NCBI GenBank assembly: GCA_963713975.1
Contig: OY970218.1
Location: 2,592,001-2,656,000, forward strand
Direction of reading: 5' to 3'
Origin: an uncultured Chloroflexia bacterium
Lineage (GTDB): Bacteria > Chloroflexota > Limnocylindria > Limnocylindrales > CSP1-4
DNA: 64,000 nucleotides
Part shown: in pieces, positions 19,440 through 28,373 of the stretch
Numbering within the stretch: the first letter of the stretch is position 1
Layout: each line of letters opens with the position of its first letter
Notes under the pieces: model-generated
What the model was told of the DNA's origin: nothing
The model's database searches: none
The model's input: only the letters and a program-made list of their open reading frames with translations
Made by a program: the position numbers and the translations under genes

Positions 19440-20740
19440 TGACCACCGACATCCAGTCCACGCCCGAGGCCGGCCGCCAGGACGACCTGCGAGCGCGAGC
19501 GCTCGGCCTGTTCCCAGGTGGCGTCAACAGTCCCGTGCGCGCCTTCCGGTCCGTGGGCCGACCGCCGCTGGTGCTGGACCGCGGCGAGGGCGCCCGCGTG
19601 CGCGATGCCGATGGCCGCTGGTATCTCGACTACATCGGATCATGGGGTCCGGCGATCCTGGGCCACGCCGCACCGGCCGTCGTCGAGGCGGTCCGAGAGG
19701 CGGCGCTCGACGGCTTCGCCTTGGGCGCGACCGGCCCGCGCGAGGTGGAGCTGGGCGAGCGGGTCCGTGCAGCGATGCCCTCGATGGAGCGGCTGCGCTT
19801 CGTGTCCTCGGGCACCGAGGCGGTGATGAGCGCGATCCGCCTCGCGCGTGGCGCCACCGGCAGGGACCTGATCGTCAAGTTCGCCGGCGGCTACCACGGC
19901 CACGGCGACAGCCTGCTGGTGGACGCCGGATCCGGCCTCGCGACGCTTGCGATGCCCGGTTCCGCCGGCGTGACCGCCGGTGCCGCGTCGGACACGGTGG
20001 TCCTCCCGTACAACGACCCGGAGGCCGTGGCGACGGCATTCCTGACCCATCCCAACCGGATCGCGGCGGTGATCGTCGAGCCGGTGGGAGCCAACGTCGG
20101 TGTGATCGCGCCCGAGCCCGGGTTCCTCGAGGCGTTGCGCGAGCTGACCGAGGCAAACGGCGCGCTGCTGATCTTCGACGAGGTCATCACGGGGTTCCGT
20201 GTCGCACGCGGCGGGGCGCAGGAGCGGTACGGGATCGTGCCGGACCTCACGACGCTGGGCAAGATCGTGGGTGGCGGGATGCCCGTCGGCGCCTACGGCG
20301 GCCGGGCCGACCTGATGGCGAACATCGCTCCCGACGGCCCGGTCTACCAGGCCGGCACGCTGTCGGGGCACCCCCTCGCGATGGCGGCCGGGATCGCCAC
20401 CCTGGACCTGCTCACACCCGCTGTCTACGAGGTGCTGGAGGACACCGGTGCCGCGCTCGAGGCAGGCCTGCGCGAGGCGGCCACGGCGGCTGGACGCGAG
20501 GTCGCCATCGCGCGCGTGGGATCGCTCCTGACGGTGTTCTTCCGGGCCGGCGTGCCGCACAGCGGTGAGGAGGCCATGGCATCCGACCGGGAGGCGTACA
20601 CGCGCTTCTTCGGGACGATGCTCGACGAGGGCGTGCTGCTGGCACCGTCACCGTTCGAGGCCTGGTTCATCTCGGCCGCGCACGGCGCGCCCGAGGTCGA
20701 GGCGACGCTCGAGGCGGCCAGCAAGGCGTTCGCGGCATGA
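19439..20740 (+). CDS. hemL: Glutamate-1-semialdehyde 2,1-aminomutase
   Basis: PGGVNSPVRAF, FDEVITGFR, GKIVGGGMP and YQAGTLSG motifs. Confidence 0.96.
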   Translation: MTTDIQSTPEAGRQDDLRARALGLFPGGVNSPVRAFRSVGRPPLVLDRGEGARVRDADGRWYLDYIGSWGPAILGHAAPAVVEAVREAALDGFALGATGPREVELGERVRAAMPSMERLRFVSSGTEAVMSAIRLARGATGRDLIVKFAGGYHGHGDSLLVDAGSGLATLAMPGSAGVTAGAASDTVVLPYNDPEAVATAFLTHPNRIAAVIVEPVGANVGVIAPEPGFLEALRELTEANGALLIFDEVITGFRVARGGAQERYGIVPDLTTLGKIVGGGMPVGAYGGRADLMANIAPDGPVYQAGTLSGHPLAMAAGIATLDLLTPAVYEVLEDTGAALEAGLREAATAAGREVAIARVGSLLTVFFRAGVPHSGEEAMASDREAYTRFFGTMLDEGVLLAPSPFEAWFISAAHGAPEVEATLEAASKAFAA

Positions 20741-21807
20741 GCAGCGCCATGCAGGACGGGATCGCCGATCCTCACGCCACCCGCTCCGACGCGCGGTACC
20801 TGCGCGCGACCCGCGGCCTGCCCGTGGACGTCACCCCGGTCTGGTTCATGCGCCAGGCGGGCCGGGCGCTCCCGGAGTACCGCAAGGTCCGCGAGCGGGC
20901 GACGCTGCTCGAGATCACCCGGGACCCTGCGCTGTGCGCGGAGGTGACGCTCCAGCCCGTCCGGCGCCTGGGCGTGGACGCCGCCATCCTGTTCGCGGAC
21001 ATCACGACCCCGTTCGCCGGCCTCGGCGTCGCCTTCGACATCAAGGAGGGCGTCGGTCCCGTCATCGAGCATCCGGTCCGGACCATGGCCGACGTGCAGG
21101 CCCTGCGCCCCTTCGATCCCGAGGCTGCCGTGGCGCCCCTGCTCGAGGCCATCCGGCTGATCCGGGCGGAGTCCCCCGTGCCGCTCATCGGCTTCGCTGG
21201 TGCCCCGTTCACGCTCGCCTGCTATCTCGTCGAGGGCGGCCCGTCGCGTGACTTCCAGAACACGAAGCGGCTGATGCACGCGGAGCCCGAGACGTGGGCT
21301 GCGCTGCTGGACCGCCTGGTCGATGCGACGATCGCCTACCTGGCGGCCCAGGTGGCCGCGGGCGTGGAGGCCGTCCAGGTGTTCGACTCCTGGGTCGGCG
21401 GGCTCAGCCCGCTGGACTACGAGCGCCGCCTGTGGCCCTGGATGCGACGCCTGTTCGAGGGCATCGCGCCCCTGGGCGTCCCGGCGACGCACTTCGGGGT
21501 CGGTACCGGTGGGATCCTGGGCCTCCAGGCCTCGGCCGGCGGTGACGTGATCGGCCTGGACTGGCGGATCGCGCTGTCCGAGGGCAGGCGCCTGGTCGGT
21601 GACCGGGCCGTCCAGGGCAACCTCGACCCCGTGCTCCTCCGGGGCCCCTGGGAGGGCGTCGAGGAGGCGGCCCGCTGGGTCCTGGACGAGAACGGCGGTC
21701 GGCCCGGCCACGTCTTCAACCTCGGCCACGGGGTCCTCCCCGGCACCGACCCCGACCACCTTGCCCGCCTCGTCGACCTCGTCCATACCTACGGAGCGTC
21801 CCGATGA
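20737..21807 (+). CDS. hemE: Uroporphyrinogen decarboxylase
   Basis: PVWFMRQAGR, GFAGAPFT, QGNLDP and FNLGHG motifs. Confidence 0.96.
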   Translation: MSSAMQDGIADPHATRSDARYLRATRGLPVDVTPVWFMRQAGRALPEYRKVRERATLLEITRDPALCAEVTLQPVRRLGVDAAILFADITTPFAGLGVAFDIKEGVGPVIEHPVRTMADVQALRPFDPEAAVAPLLEAIRLIRAESPVPLIGFAGAPFTLACYLVEGGPSRDFQNTKRLMHAEPETWAALLDRLVDATIAYLAAQVAAGVEAVQVFDSWVGGLSPLDYERRLWPWMRRLFEGIAPLGVPATHFGVGTGGILGLQASAGGDVIGLDWRIALSEGRRLVGDRAVQGNLDPVLLRGPWEGVEEAARWVLDENGGRPGHVFNLGHGVLPGTDPDHLARLVDLVHTYGASR

Positions 21808-22727
21808 CCAGCGCCGTCCTCCTCATGGCCTATGGCTCCCCCGACTCGCTCGACCAGGTGGAGGCCTACTACACGGACATCCGCCGCGGGTCGCCGGCCC
21901 CGCCGCACCTGCTCGAGGAGCTCCTGGACCGGTACCGGGCCATCGGCGGTGGGTCGCCGCTGTCGGGGATCGTTGAGGAGCAGCGGGCCGCCGTGGAAGC
22001 GGAGCTCGCGAACCGCGGGCTGCCGGTCCGCGTGTACGCGGGCATGCGCCACATCGCTCCGCGCATCGGCGACATCGTCAAGTGCATGGCCGCGGACGGC
22101 GTCGACGAGCTCGTGGCCATCGCGCTGGCCCCGCAGGCGTCGTCGAATGCCGCGGGCTACCGGCGCGCCGTGGACACCGCGCTCGCGGAGCTGGGCGACG
22201 GGGCGCCGACCGTGGAGTACGTGGCGTCGTGGCATGACCAGCCCCGGTTCATCGAGGCGCTGGCGCAGACCACGCAGGAGGCGCTCGCCCGCTTCGAGAA
22301 TCCGAGCGGCGTCCGCGTCATGTTTACCGCCCACAGCCTGCCCGCCCGGGTGCTCGCGGCCGGCGACCCGTACCCCGAGGAGCTGGCGGCCACGGCGCGG
22401 CTCGTGGCGGAGGCGCTGGACATCGGCGCCTACGAGTTCGCCTTCCAGAGCGCCGGCCGCACCGGGGAACCGTGGCTTGGCCCGGACATCCTCGACGAGA
22501 TCCGCCGGCTGGCCGCCGATGGTGTCCTCGGCCTGGTCATCCGGCCAGTGGGGTTCGTGGCAGACCACCTTGAGGTGCTCTACGACATCGATATCGAGGC
22601 GCAGGGCGTGGCCCGGGAGGTGGGCATCCGCCTGGAGCGCGCACGGTCGATGAACACCGATCCCACCTTCATCGCGGGCCTGGCCGACATCGCGGCCGCC
22701 GCGCTCCGTCCCTCTGCGACCGCCTAG
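21804..22727 (+). CDS. hemH: Ferrochelatase (coproporphyrin ferrochelatase type)
   Basis: LLMAYGSP, FTAHSLP, QSAG...WLGPD and GFVADHLEVLYDID motifs. Confidence 0.94.
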   Translation: MTSAVLLMAYGSPDSLDQVEAYYTDIRRGSPAPPHLLEELLDRYRAIGGGSPLSGIVEEQRAAVEAELANRGLPVRVYAGMRHIAPRIGDIVKCMAADGVDELVAIALAPQASSNAAGYRRAVDTALAELGDGAPTVEYVASWHDQPRFIEALAQTTQEALARFENPSGVRVMFTAHSLPARVLAAGDPYPEELAATARLVAEALDIGAYEFAFQSAGRTGEPWLGPDILDEIRRLAADGVLGLVIRPVGFVADHLEVLYDIDIEAQGVAREVGIRLERARSMNTDPTFIAGLADIAAAALRPSATA

Positions 22728-22746
22728 ACACCTGGAGAGCCGTCCC

Positions 22747-23937
22747 ATGACCACGCAGATCGATCCCGTCCCGGCCGGCCGTCCGTCCGGGCATCCCGGA
22801 GGCCATCCGGGCGGCCACCCCGGCGGCATCACCGGCGTCGGCGCCGTGCGCGCCCAGGGCTATATCTATGACCGGGCCCCGATGCTCGTGTACTGGGAGA
22901 CGACGCTCGCGTGCGGGCTGGCCTGTCGTCACTGTCGCGCGACGGCCCAGGCGGAGCGCAGCCCGCTCGAGCTGACCACCGAGGAGGGCTACCGGCTGCT
23001 GGACGAGGTCATCAGGTTCGGCCGGCCGTACCCGCACGTCGTGTTCACGGGGGGCGATCCGCTCAACCGCCCGGACCTTCACGAGCTGGTCCGCGCGGCC
23101 ACGGAGCGGGGCATCGGGGCCTCGCTGGCGCCGGCCGCCACGCCGCTGCTCACCCAGGAGGTGATGGAGAGCCTGCGCGACGCGGGCATCCAGAACATCT
23201 CGCTCTCGCTCGACGGCTCGGATGCCGCGCGCCACGACGGGTTCCGGATGGTCGAGGGCACGTTCGAGAAGACGCTCCAGGCGGCTCGCTGGGCCCGGGC
23301 CGCCGGCTTGCCGATCCAGGTCAACACGCTGGTCACGAACGAGACGCTCGCTGACCTGCCGGCCGTCTACGAGCTCCTCCTGGGCATGGACATCATGCGC
23401 TGGAGCCTGTTCATGCTGATCACGACCGGGCGCGGCAGCGATCTCAAGGAGATCACGCCGGGCGAGTCCGAGAAGCTCCACGCGTGGCTGTTCGAGCTCG
23501 GCAAGACCGCGCCGTTCCAGGTCAAGACGACCGAGGCCACGCACTACCGGCGCCACGCGATCCGGGAGATGGAAGCGGCCGGCATGGACCTGGAGGCGAT
23601 CCTCAGGACCTCGGTCGGCCGCGGCTTCGGCATCCGGGATGGCAACGGCATCGTGTTCATCAACCACGACGGGACCGTGAACCCGTCGGGCTTCCTGCCG
23701 ATCCCGCTGGGCAATGTGCGCGAGGCGTCCATCGTGGACCTGTACCGGGATCACGAGGTCATGCGCGGGCTCCGCAACCCGGAGGGATTCAAGGGCCGCT
23801 GCGGCATCTGCGAGTTCTCGCGTGTCTGCGGTGGGTCGCGGGCCCGGGCGTACGCCTGGACGGGCGACCCGCTCGAGTCCGATCCGCTCTGCCCGTACGT
23901 CCCGTCGGGCGACGTCCCGCAGTACGGCATGGCGTAG
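22747..23937 (+). CDS. Radical SAM/SPASM protein, AhbD/NirJ-like; candidate coproheme decarboxylase
   Basis: WETTLACGLACRHCRA, FTGGDP and SPASM cysteines CGICEFSRVCGGSRARA...DPLC. Located between hemH and hemY. Confidence 0.8.
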   Translation: MTTQIDPVPAGRPSGHPGGHPGGHPGGITGVGAVRAQGYIYDRAPMLVYWETTLACGLACRHCRATAQAERSPLELTTEEGYRLLDEVIRFGRPYPHVVFTGGDPLNRPDLHELVRAATERGIGASLAPAATPLLTQEVMESLRDAGIQNISLSLDGSDAARHDGFRMVEGTFEKTLQAARWARAAGLPIQVNTLVTNETLADLPAVYELLLGMDIMRWSLFMLITTGRGSDLKEITPGESEKLHAWLFELGKTAPFQVKTTEATHYRRHAIREMEAAGMDLEAILRTSVGRGFGIRDGNGIVFINHDGTVNPSGFLPIPLGNVREASIVDLYRDHEVMRGLRNPEGFKGRCGICEFSRVCGGSRARAYAWTGDPLESDPLCPYVPSGDVPQYGMA

Positions 23938-23947
23938 GCGTCTTCCA

Positions 23948-25375
23948 GTGAGCGTCCTGGTCGTCGGCGGCGGCATCACGGGTCTCGCAGCCGCACGTGC
24001 CCTCGTGCTCGATGGCGTCCCGGTCACCCTCGTGGATGCGGGTCCTCGCCTGGGCGGGAAGATCGCCACGGAACGCGTGGACGGGCTGCTGCTGGAGCAG
24101 GGCCCGGACTCGTTCCTGGCCACCCGTCCGGCGGCGATCACGCTGGCACGGGACCTTGGCCTGGGCGACGACCTGGTCGGGACGAAGGATCCGCGGGCGG
24201 TCTATATCCGCCACCACGGCGAGCTGGTCCGGATGCCGGAGGGTCTCGGACTCGTCCTGCCCACAAAGGCGATGCCGTTCGCGAGGACCCGACTGTTCAC
24301 GTGGCCGGAGAAGATCCGGATGGCGAGGGACGTCGCGTGGCCACGCACGCTCGGGAGCGACGACATCGCCGTGGGCACGTTCCTGCGACGGCGCCTCGGG
24401 TCCCCGTTGGTGGACCGCCTCGCCGGGCCCCTGGTGGGCGGTGTCTACGGGACCCCGATCGACGAGCTGTCGCTCGATGCCGTCGTGCCCCAGCTACGGG
24501 TCGCGGAGCGCGAGCACCGGAGCCTGCTGTTCGCCGGTCTGGCGGAAGGACGCGCGATGCGGGCCGCCGTGGCCAAGCGGCCCCCCGGATCGAAGAGCCT
24601 CGGCGTCTTCGTGTCGCTGCGGAGCGGGATGGACACGCTCACCGATGCCCTTGCCGCATCGCTGGCCGATGCCGGCGCGGACCTCAGGACCGGTTGCTCC
24701 GTGCGCTCGTTGAGCCGCGCCGGGACGGGCGTGGCGGCGCGGTTCGCAGACGGCTCACTGGCCCGGTTCGACGGCGTCATCCTGGCCACGCCCGCGCCCG
24801 TGTCGGCACACCTGCTGGAGGGGGAGGTGCCCGGCGCGGCGAGCGCCCTGGGCGGGATCCCGCACGGGACCAGCATCCTCGTCACGCTGGCGTATGACCG
24901 GCAGTACGTGGACCGCGAGCTCGTGGGTCACGGCTATCTCGTCCCGACGTCGCACGGGGGCGCCATCTCTGCCTGCACCTGGTCGTCCGAGAAGTGGCCG
25001 GATCGCGCGCCGGACGATCGCCTCCTGCTCCGGATGTTCGTCCGCGACGAGGGCGCCTGGACCTCGATGCCGGAGCCGGAGCTCGTGGCGGCCGCGCGTG
25101 CGGAGGCCGAGGCCACGCTGCGTATCGCGGGCGAGCCGCTCCTGGCCCGTGTCTCGCGCTGGGACGGTGCCATGCCCCGCTACACGGTGGGTCACCTGGG
25201 ACGGGTAGCGGCGATCGAGGAAGCGGTCTCGGCCTGGCCTGCGGTCACGGTTGCCGGTGCCTCGTACCGGGGCGTGGGCCTGCCGGACTGCGTGACGCAG
25301 GGGCTGGCCGCCGCGGCCCGGATGGGGGAGTGGCTGGGCACTCACAGCGTCGAGGACGAGGCGCTGGCAAGCTAG
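23948..25375 (+). CDS. hemY: HemY-type copro/protoporphyrinogen oxidase
   Basis: VVGGGITGL, EQGPDSF, SSEKWP, MPRYTVGH and GVGLPDC motifs. Confidence 0.93.
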   Translation: MSVLVVGGGITGLAAARALVLDGVPVTLVDAGPRLGGKIATERVDGLLLEQGPDSFLATRPAAITLARDLGLGDDLVGTKDPRAVYIRHHGELVRMPEGLGLVLPTKAMPFARTRLFTWPEKIRMARDVAWPRTLGSDDIAVGTFLRRRLGSPLVDRLAGPLVGGVYGTPIDELSLDAVVPQLRVAEREHRSLLFAGLAEGRAMRAAVAKRPPGSKSLGVFVSLRSGMDTLTDALAASLADAGADLRTGCSVRSLSRAGTGVAARFADGSLARFDGVILATPAPVSAHLLEGEVPGAASALGGIPHGTSILVTLAYDRQYVDRELVGHGYLVPTSHGGAISACTWSSEKWPDRAPDDRLLLRMFVRDEGAWTSMPEPELVAAARAEAEATLRIAGEPLLARVSRWDGAMPRYTVGHLGRVAAIEEAVSAWPAVTVAGASYRGVGLPDCVTQGLAAAARMGEWLGTHSVEDEALAS

Positions 25376-25420
25376 CCCTCAGTTGGCTCGCTCGGGGCAT
25401 TGGACCCGATCCGTCAGACC

Positions 25421-26128
25421 TCAGGATGGGCCCTTCGGCGACAGGTAGTCCGGCCCCGGGGCGTGGATATCGCGGTCGTCCAGTGTCCAGTCGATATCGG
25501 TCTCCGCACTCACGATGCCGGGCAGCATCTCGACCATGCGTCCGACCATCGCTGCGGTCGATCGCCGTTCGACCTTGCCGCTGATCCTGGCCATGCCGTT
25601 CGTGACCTCCACCGAGAATGCGTTCGGATCCAGCCACAGGGACCGCCGCAGGACCTCGTCGCGAATAGCCTCGGCCAGCGCCTCGTCCGTCTGGACGAAG
25701 GAGCGGATCACGTCGGCCCGGGTGATGATCCCGACCAGCTTGCCCTGCTCCGCGACGGGCAGCCGGTTGACCGTGCGCTCGATCATCTGAGCTGCCGCAG
25801 CTCCGACCAGGGCGTCTGGCTCGATCGTGATCGGCGGCGAGGTCATCGCGTCACCGGCGATGCTGGCCTCGGCCTTGGCGATCAGTCGCCGGGTCGCGGC
25901 CGACTCCCCGAACAGGCGGGCCAGCGGCCGATGGCGGATGGCACCGGGCTCCTGCTCCTTGACCAGCAGGTCGCCCTCGGAGATGACGCCCACCACCTTC
26001 CCCGCGGCGTCGACGACCGGCAGCCCACTGATCCGGTGCTCGATGAGCAGTTGCGCAACCTCCTTGAGCGGCGTGTCCGGGCGGACCGAGAGCACGGACC
26101 TGGTCATCACGTCGCGCACGGTCGTCAT
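25421..26128 (-). CDS. CBS-pair plus BON domain protein
   Basis: VRDVMT, ISGLPVVD, GVISEGDL, VNRLPV and GIITRAD, followed by a BON-like VEVTNGMARISGKV. Confidence 0.88.
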   Translation of the reverse strand: MTTVRDVMTRSVLSVRPDTPLKEVAQLLIEHRISGLPVVDAAGKVVGVISEGDLLVKEQEPGAIRHRPLARLFGESAATRRLIAKAEASIAGDAMTSPPITIEPDALVGAAAAQMIERTVNRLPVAEQGKLVGIITRADVIRSFVQTDEALAEAIRDEVLRRSLWLDPNAFSVEVTNGMARISGKVERRSTAAMVGRMVEMLPGIVSAETDIDWTLDDRDIHAPGPDYLSPKGPS

Positions 26129-26469
26129 CGAAGGTCATCCTCCTGGACACGTCTCGCGGGTTGGCGCGAGGACGGCATCTGCAGATCGTAGCGCCAGCAT
26201 TCGGGGCAAGGAAGTGATCTCGGGCACCGACTACCCTGCCCTTCCGAGCCGTCGTGCCACGGGTGCCGACACCCTTCGACTCGACCGTCGGCGGGCCTGG
26301 CCGAGCCCGACGTCATGGGTGACCCGGCGGCTGTCGCGCGCTGAGTTCCGGCGGCCGTGCCGCGCTCACCCGGCGGCTGTGCCCTCGCCTGAACCCTCCC
26401 GCGATCACCCAGGGTGATCATCACCGCCGTGATCGGCCAATTCGTGCGCTGCACCACCACTTGTCGCAC
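26125..26469 (-). CDS. Small hypothetical protein with a Cys/His cluster
   Basis: GGAGGTGA Shine-Dalgarno just before the GTG. The stop overlaps the CBS gene start (ATGA). Contains CRHPWH...CPRSLPCPECW. Confidence 0.5.
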   Translation of the reverse strand: MRQVVVQRTNWPITAVMITLGDRGRVQARAQPPGERGTAAGTQRATAAGSPMTSGSARPADGRVEGCRHPWHDGSEGQGSRCPRSLPCPECWRYDLQMPSSRQPARRVQEDDLR

Positions 26470-26603
26470 CGAATATCACCTCCGGTAGTGAACGCCTCCA
26501 CAAGCGGCGGTTCGCGGCGGTTTCTGGCAGCGCATAGCACTCCTGGTGATCAGGAGATGAGGAGTCCGACGTGAGCCTCGATGAGTCCTGCACCGGGCTC
26601 GGA

Positions 26604-27533
26604 TTACTGGTCAAGCGCCGCGCGCAGGTCCGGGAGGCGGTCCATGGTCTCGGCGTCGAAGGGCGACCGGAAGATGATCACGATGTGCCGGAAGCCAACC
26701 CGAGCGTAGCCGGCGAGCACCTCCGCCACCTCGTCCACCGATCCGGCTGCGTCCAGGTGCTCCTCGCCGGGCTGCGGGACGTGCCGCGCCACCACGTTCT
26801 CCCAGTCCCGCGTCGCGGTCTCGCGGTCCTGCCGGATGACCACGTTGAGGTTGACCGTGCGCTCGATCTGGTCAGCGCTACGCCCCACCGCACCGCAGGC
26901 CGCGCGGAGGATCGCGTCGGACCGGGCGAGCGCTTCGGGCGTGCCGTAGGCGTTCCACATATCCCCGTAGCGGGCGATGAGCGGCAGCGTCTTCTTCGGG
27001 CCCGAGCCGCCGATGAGGATGGGCACCCGCGGCTGGACAGGCCGTGGTGCGCACACGGCCTCGTCGAACCGGTAGAAGCGGCCCTCGTGCGTAACCATCT
27101 CGCCGTCCAGGAGCCGGCGGATCAGCGGCACGGCCTCGCCGAGGCGGTCCAGGCGCTCACCGATCCCGGACCCGAAGTCGAACCCGAAGGCAGCGTGCTC
27201 GCGTTCGAACCAGCCCGCACCGATGCCGAGGATCGCGCGACCCCCGGACAGGTGATCGACCGTGGCGGTCATCTTCGCCGTGAGGCCGGGGTTGCGGAGG
27301 GTGTTGGCCACGACCATGTGACCGATCCTTGCCCGCTCCGTGACGGCGGCGATGGCCGCGAGCGTGGTCCAGCCCTCCAGCTTGGCGTCGTGCCAGTCGC
27401 CCTCGTCGGACAGGAGGTGGTCGTCGACCCAGAGGTCGTCGAAACCGGCCGCCTCCGCGCGCACGATCGCTTCGCGCAGCTCCGGCCAACCGGTCCGCTG
27501 CACCCAGAACGCCGCGCCAAACTGCATCGCCAT
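26604..27533 (-). CDS. LLM-class (luciferase-like, probably F420-dependent) oxidoreductase
   Basis: GFDDLWVDDH, RNPGLTAKM, DHLSGGRAILGIGAGW and PILIGGSG motifs. GAGGAGG RBS. Confidence 0.9.
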   Translation of the reverse strand: MAMQFGAAFWVQRTGWPELREAIVRAEAAGFDDLWVDDHLLSDEGDWHDAKLEGWTTLAAIAAVTERARIGHMVVANTLRNPGLTAKMTATVDHLSGGRAILGIGAGWFEREHAAFGFDFGSGIGERLDRLGEAVPLIRRLLDGEMVTHEGRFYRFDEAVCAPRPVQPRVPILIGGSGPKKTLPLIARYGDMWNAYGTPEALARSDAILRAACGAVGRSADQIERTVNLNVVIRQDRETATRDWENVVARHVPQPGEEHLDAAGSVDEVAEVLAGYARVGFRHIVIIFRSPFDAETMDRLPDLRAALDQ

Positions 27534-27610
27534 CGGATCGCCTCCTCGACCGTATCGTAGGGCGGAGCCGCCCGGCAGGCGGTCGCGCTCCGGAGCCGCA
27601 TCGGGCCCGA

Positions 27611-28240
27611 TCAGGGTGCTGCCGGCCCCCCGAAGCGAAGCGTCCGGAAGACCCAAAGCTCCGTGCCGGTCTCGCTCCACGCACCGGGACGCAGGCCCGC
27701 CTTCTTGCAGCAGGCCTCGAGCATCTGGGTCGGTCCGTGACCCACGGTATCGGCGACCTCGGGCAGCAGGAGCCCGCGCCGCCCACCCCTCGCCACCACG
27801 ATGCCGTCCGTGCCCGGCCGGAAGGCCTGCGCGTCCTCGAGCGGCACGAGCGGGCCCAGGACGGAGACGTCGATCTCGATCGCCGCAAGCTCGCCCGGCT
27901 CCACGCCCGGGAAGCGGGGATCGCCCCGGGCAGCCCACCGGGCCGCGTCCACGACGTTTGCCGAAGCGAGCTCGTCCGCGTCCAGGTTGCCCATGCAGCC
28001 ACGAAGCCGTCCGAGCTCGGTCAGGGTGACGAAGGCCGCGGCGCGGCGCTCCGGCACGGGACCGGCGTCGAGCGCCACCTGCAGCGCCGGACCGGGTTCC
28101 GCGCCCGTTGCCACGGCGACTGCGACCCGGGCAAGGTCGAGCAGGCGCGCCTGCTCCTCGGCCGGGATGTCTACGGGCGGGGGAGGACCCGGGCGGTCGG
28201 CATCGGTGTCACGGGTGGTGCTGAAGGTTGGACGAGCCAT
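27611..28240 (-). CDS. amrA: AmmeMemoRadiSam system protein A (AMMECR1 domain)
   Basis: AFVTL...LRGCMG, DPRF, IDVSVL, GLLLPEV and CKKAGL motifs. Confidence 0.92.
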   Translation of the reverse strand: MARPTFSTTRDTDADRPGPPPPVDIPAEEQARLLDLARVAVAVATGAEPGPALQVALDAGPVPERRAAAFVTLTELGRLRGCMGNLDADELASANVVDAARWAARGDPRFPGVEPGELAAIEIDVSVLGPLVPLEDAQAFRPGTDGIVVARGGRRGLLLPEVADTVGHGPTQMLEACCKKAGLRPGAWSETGTELWVFRTLRFGGPAAP

Positions 28241-28373
28241 GACGGGAGCCTCCGATGATGGCCGGATCGTGCCCCGTCGAAGCCCGGGGCCACAGGGCGC
28301 AACTGCCCCCAATCCGATGCCCCCGGCACTGGAGTCCCGAACGGTCCCGGGCGAGACTTGGCGGCGAACTGCC

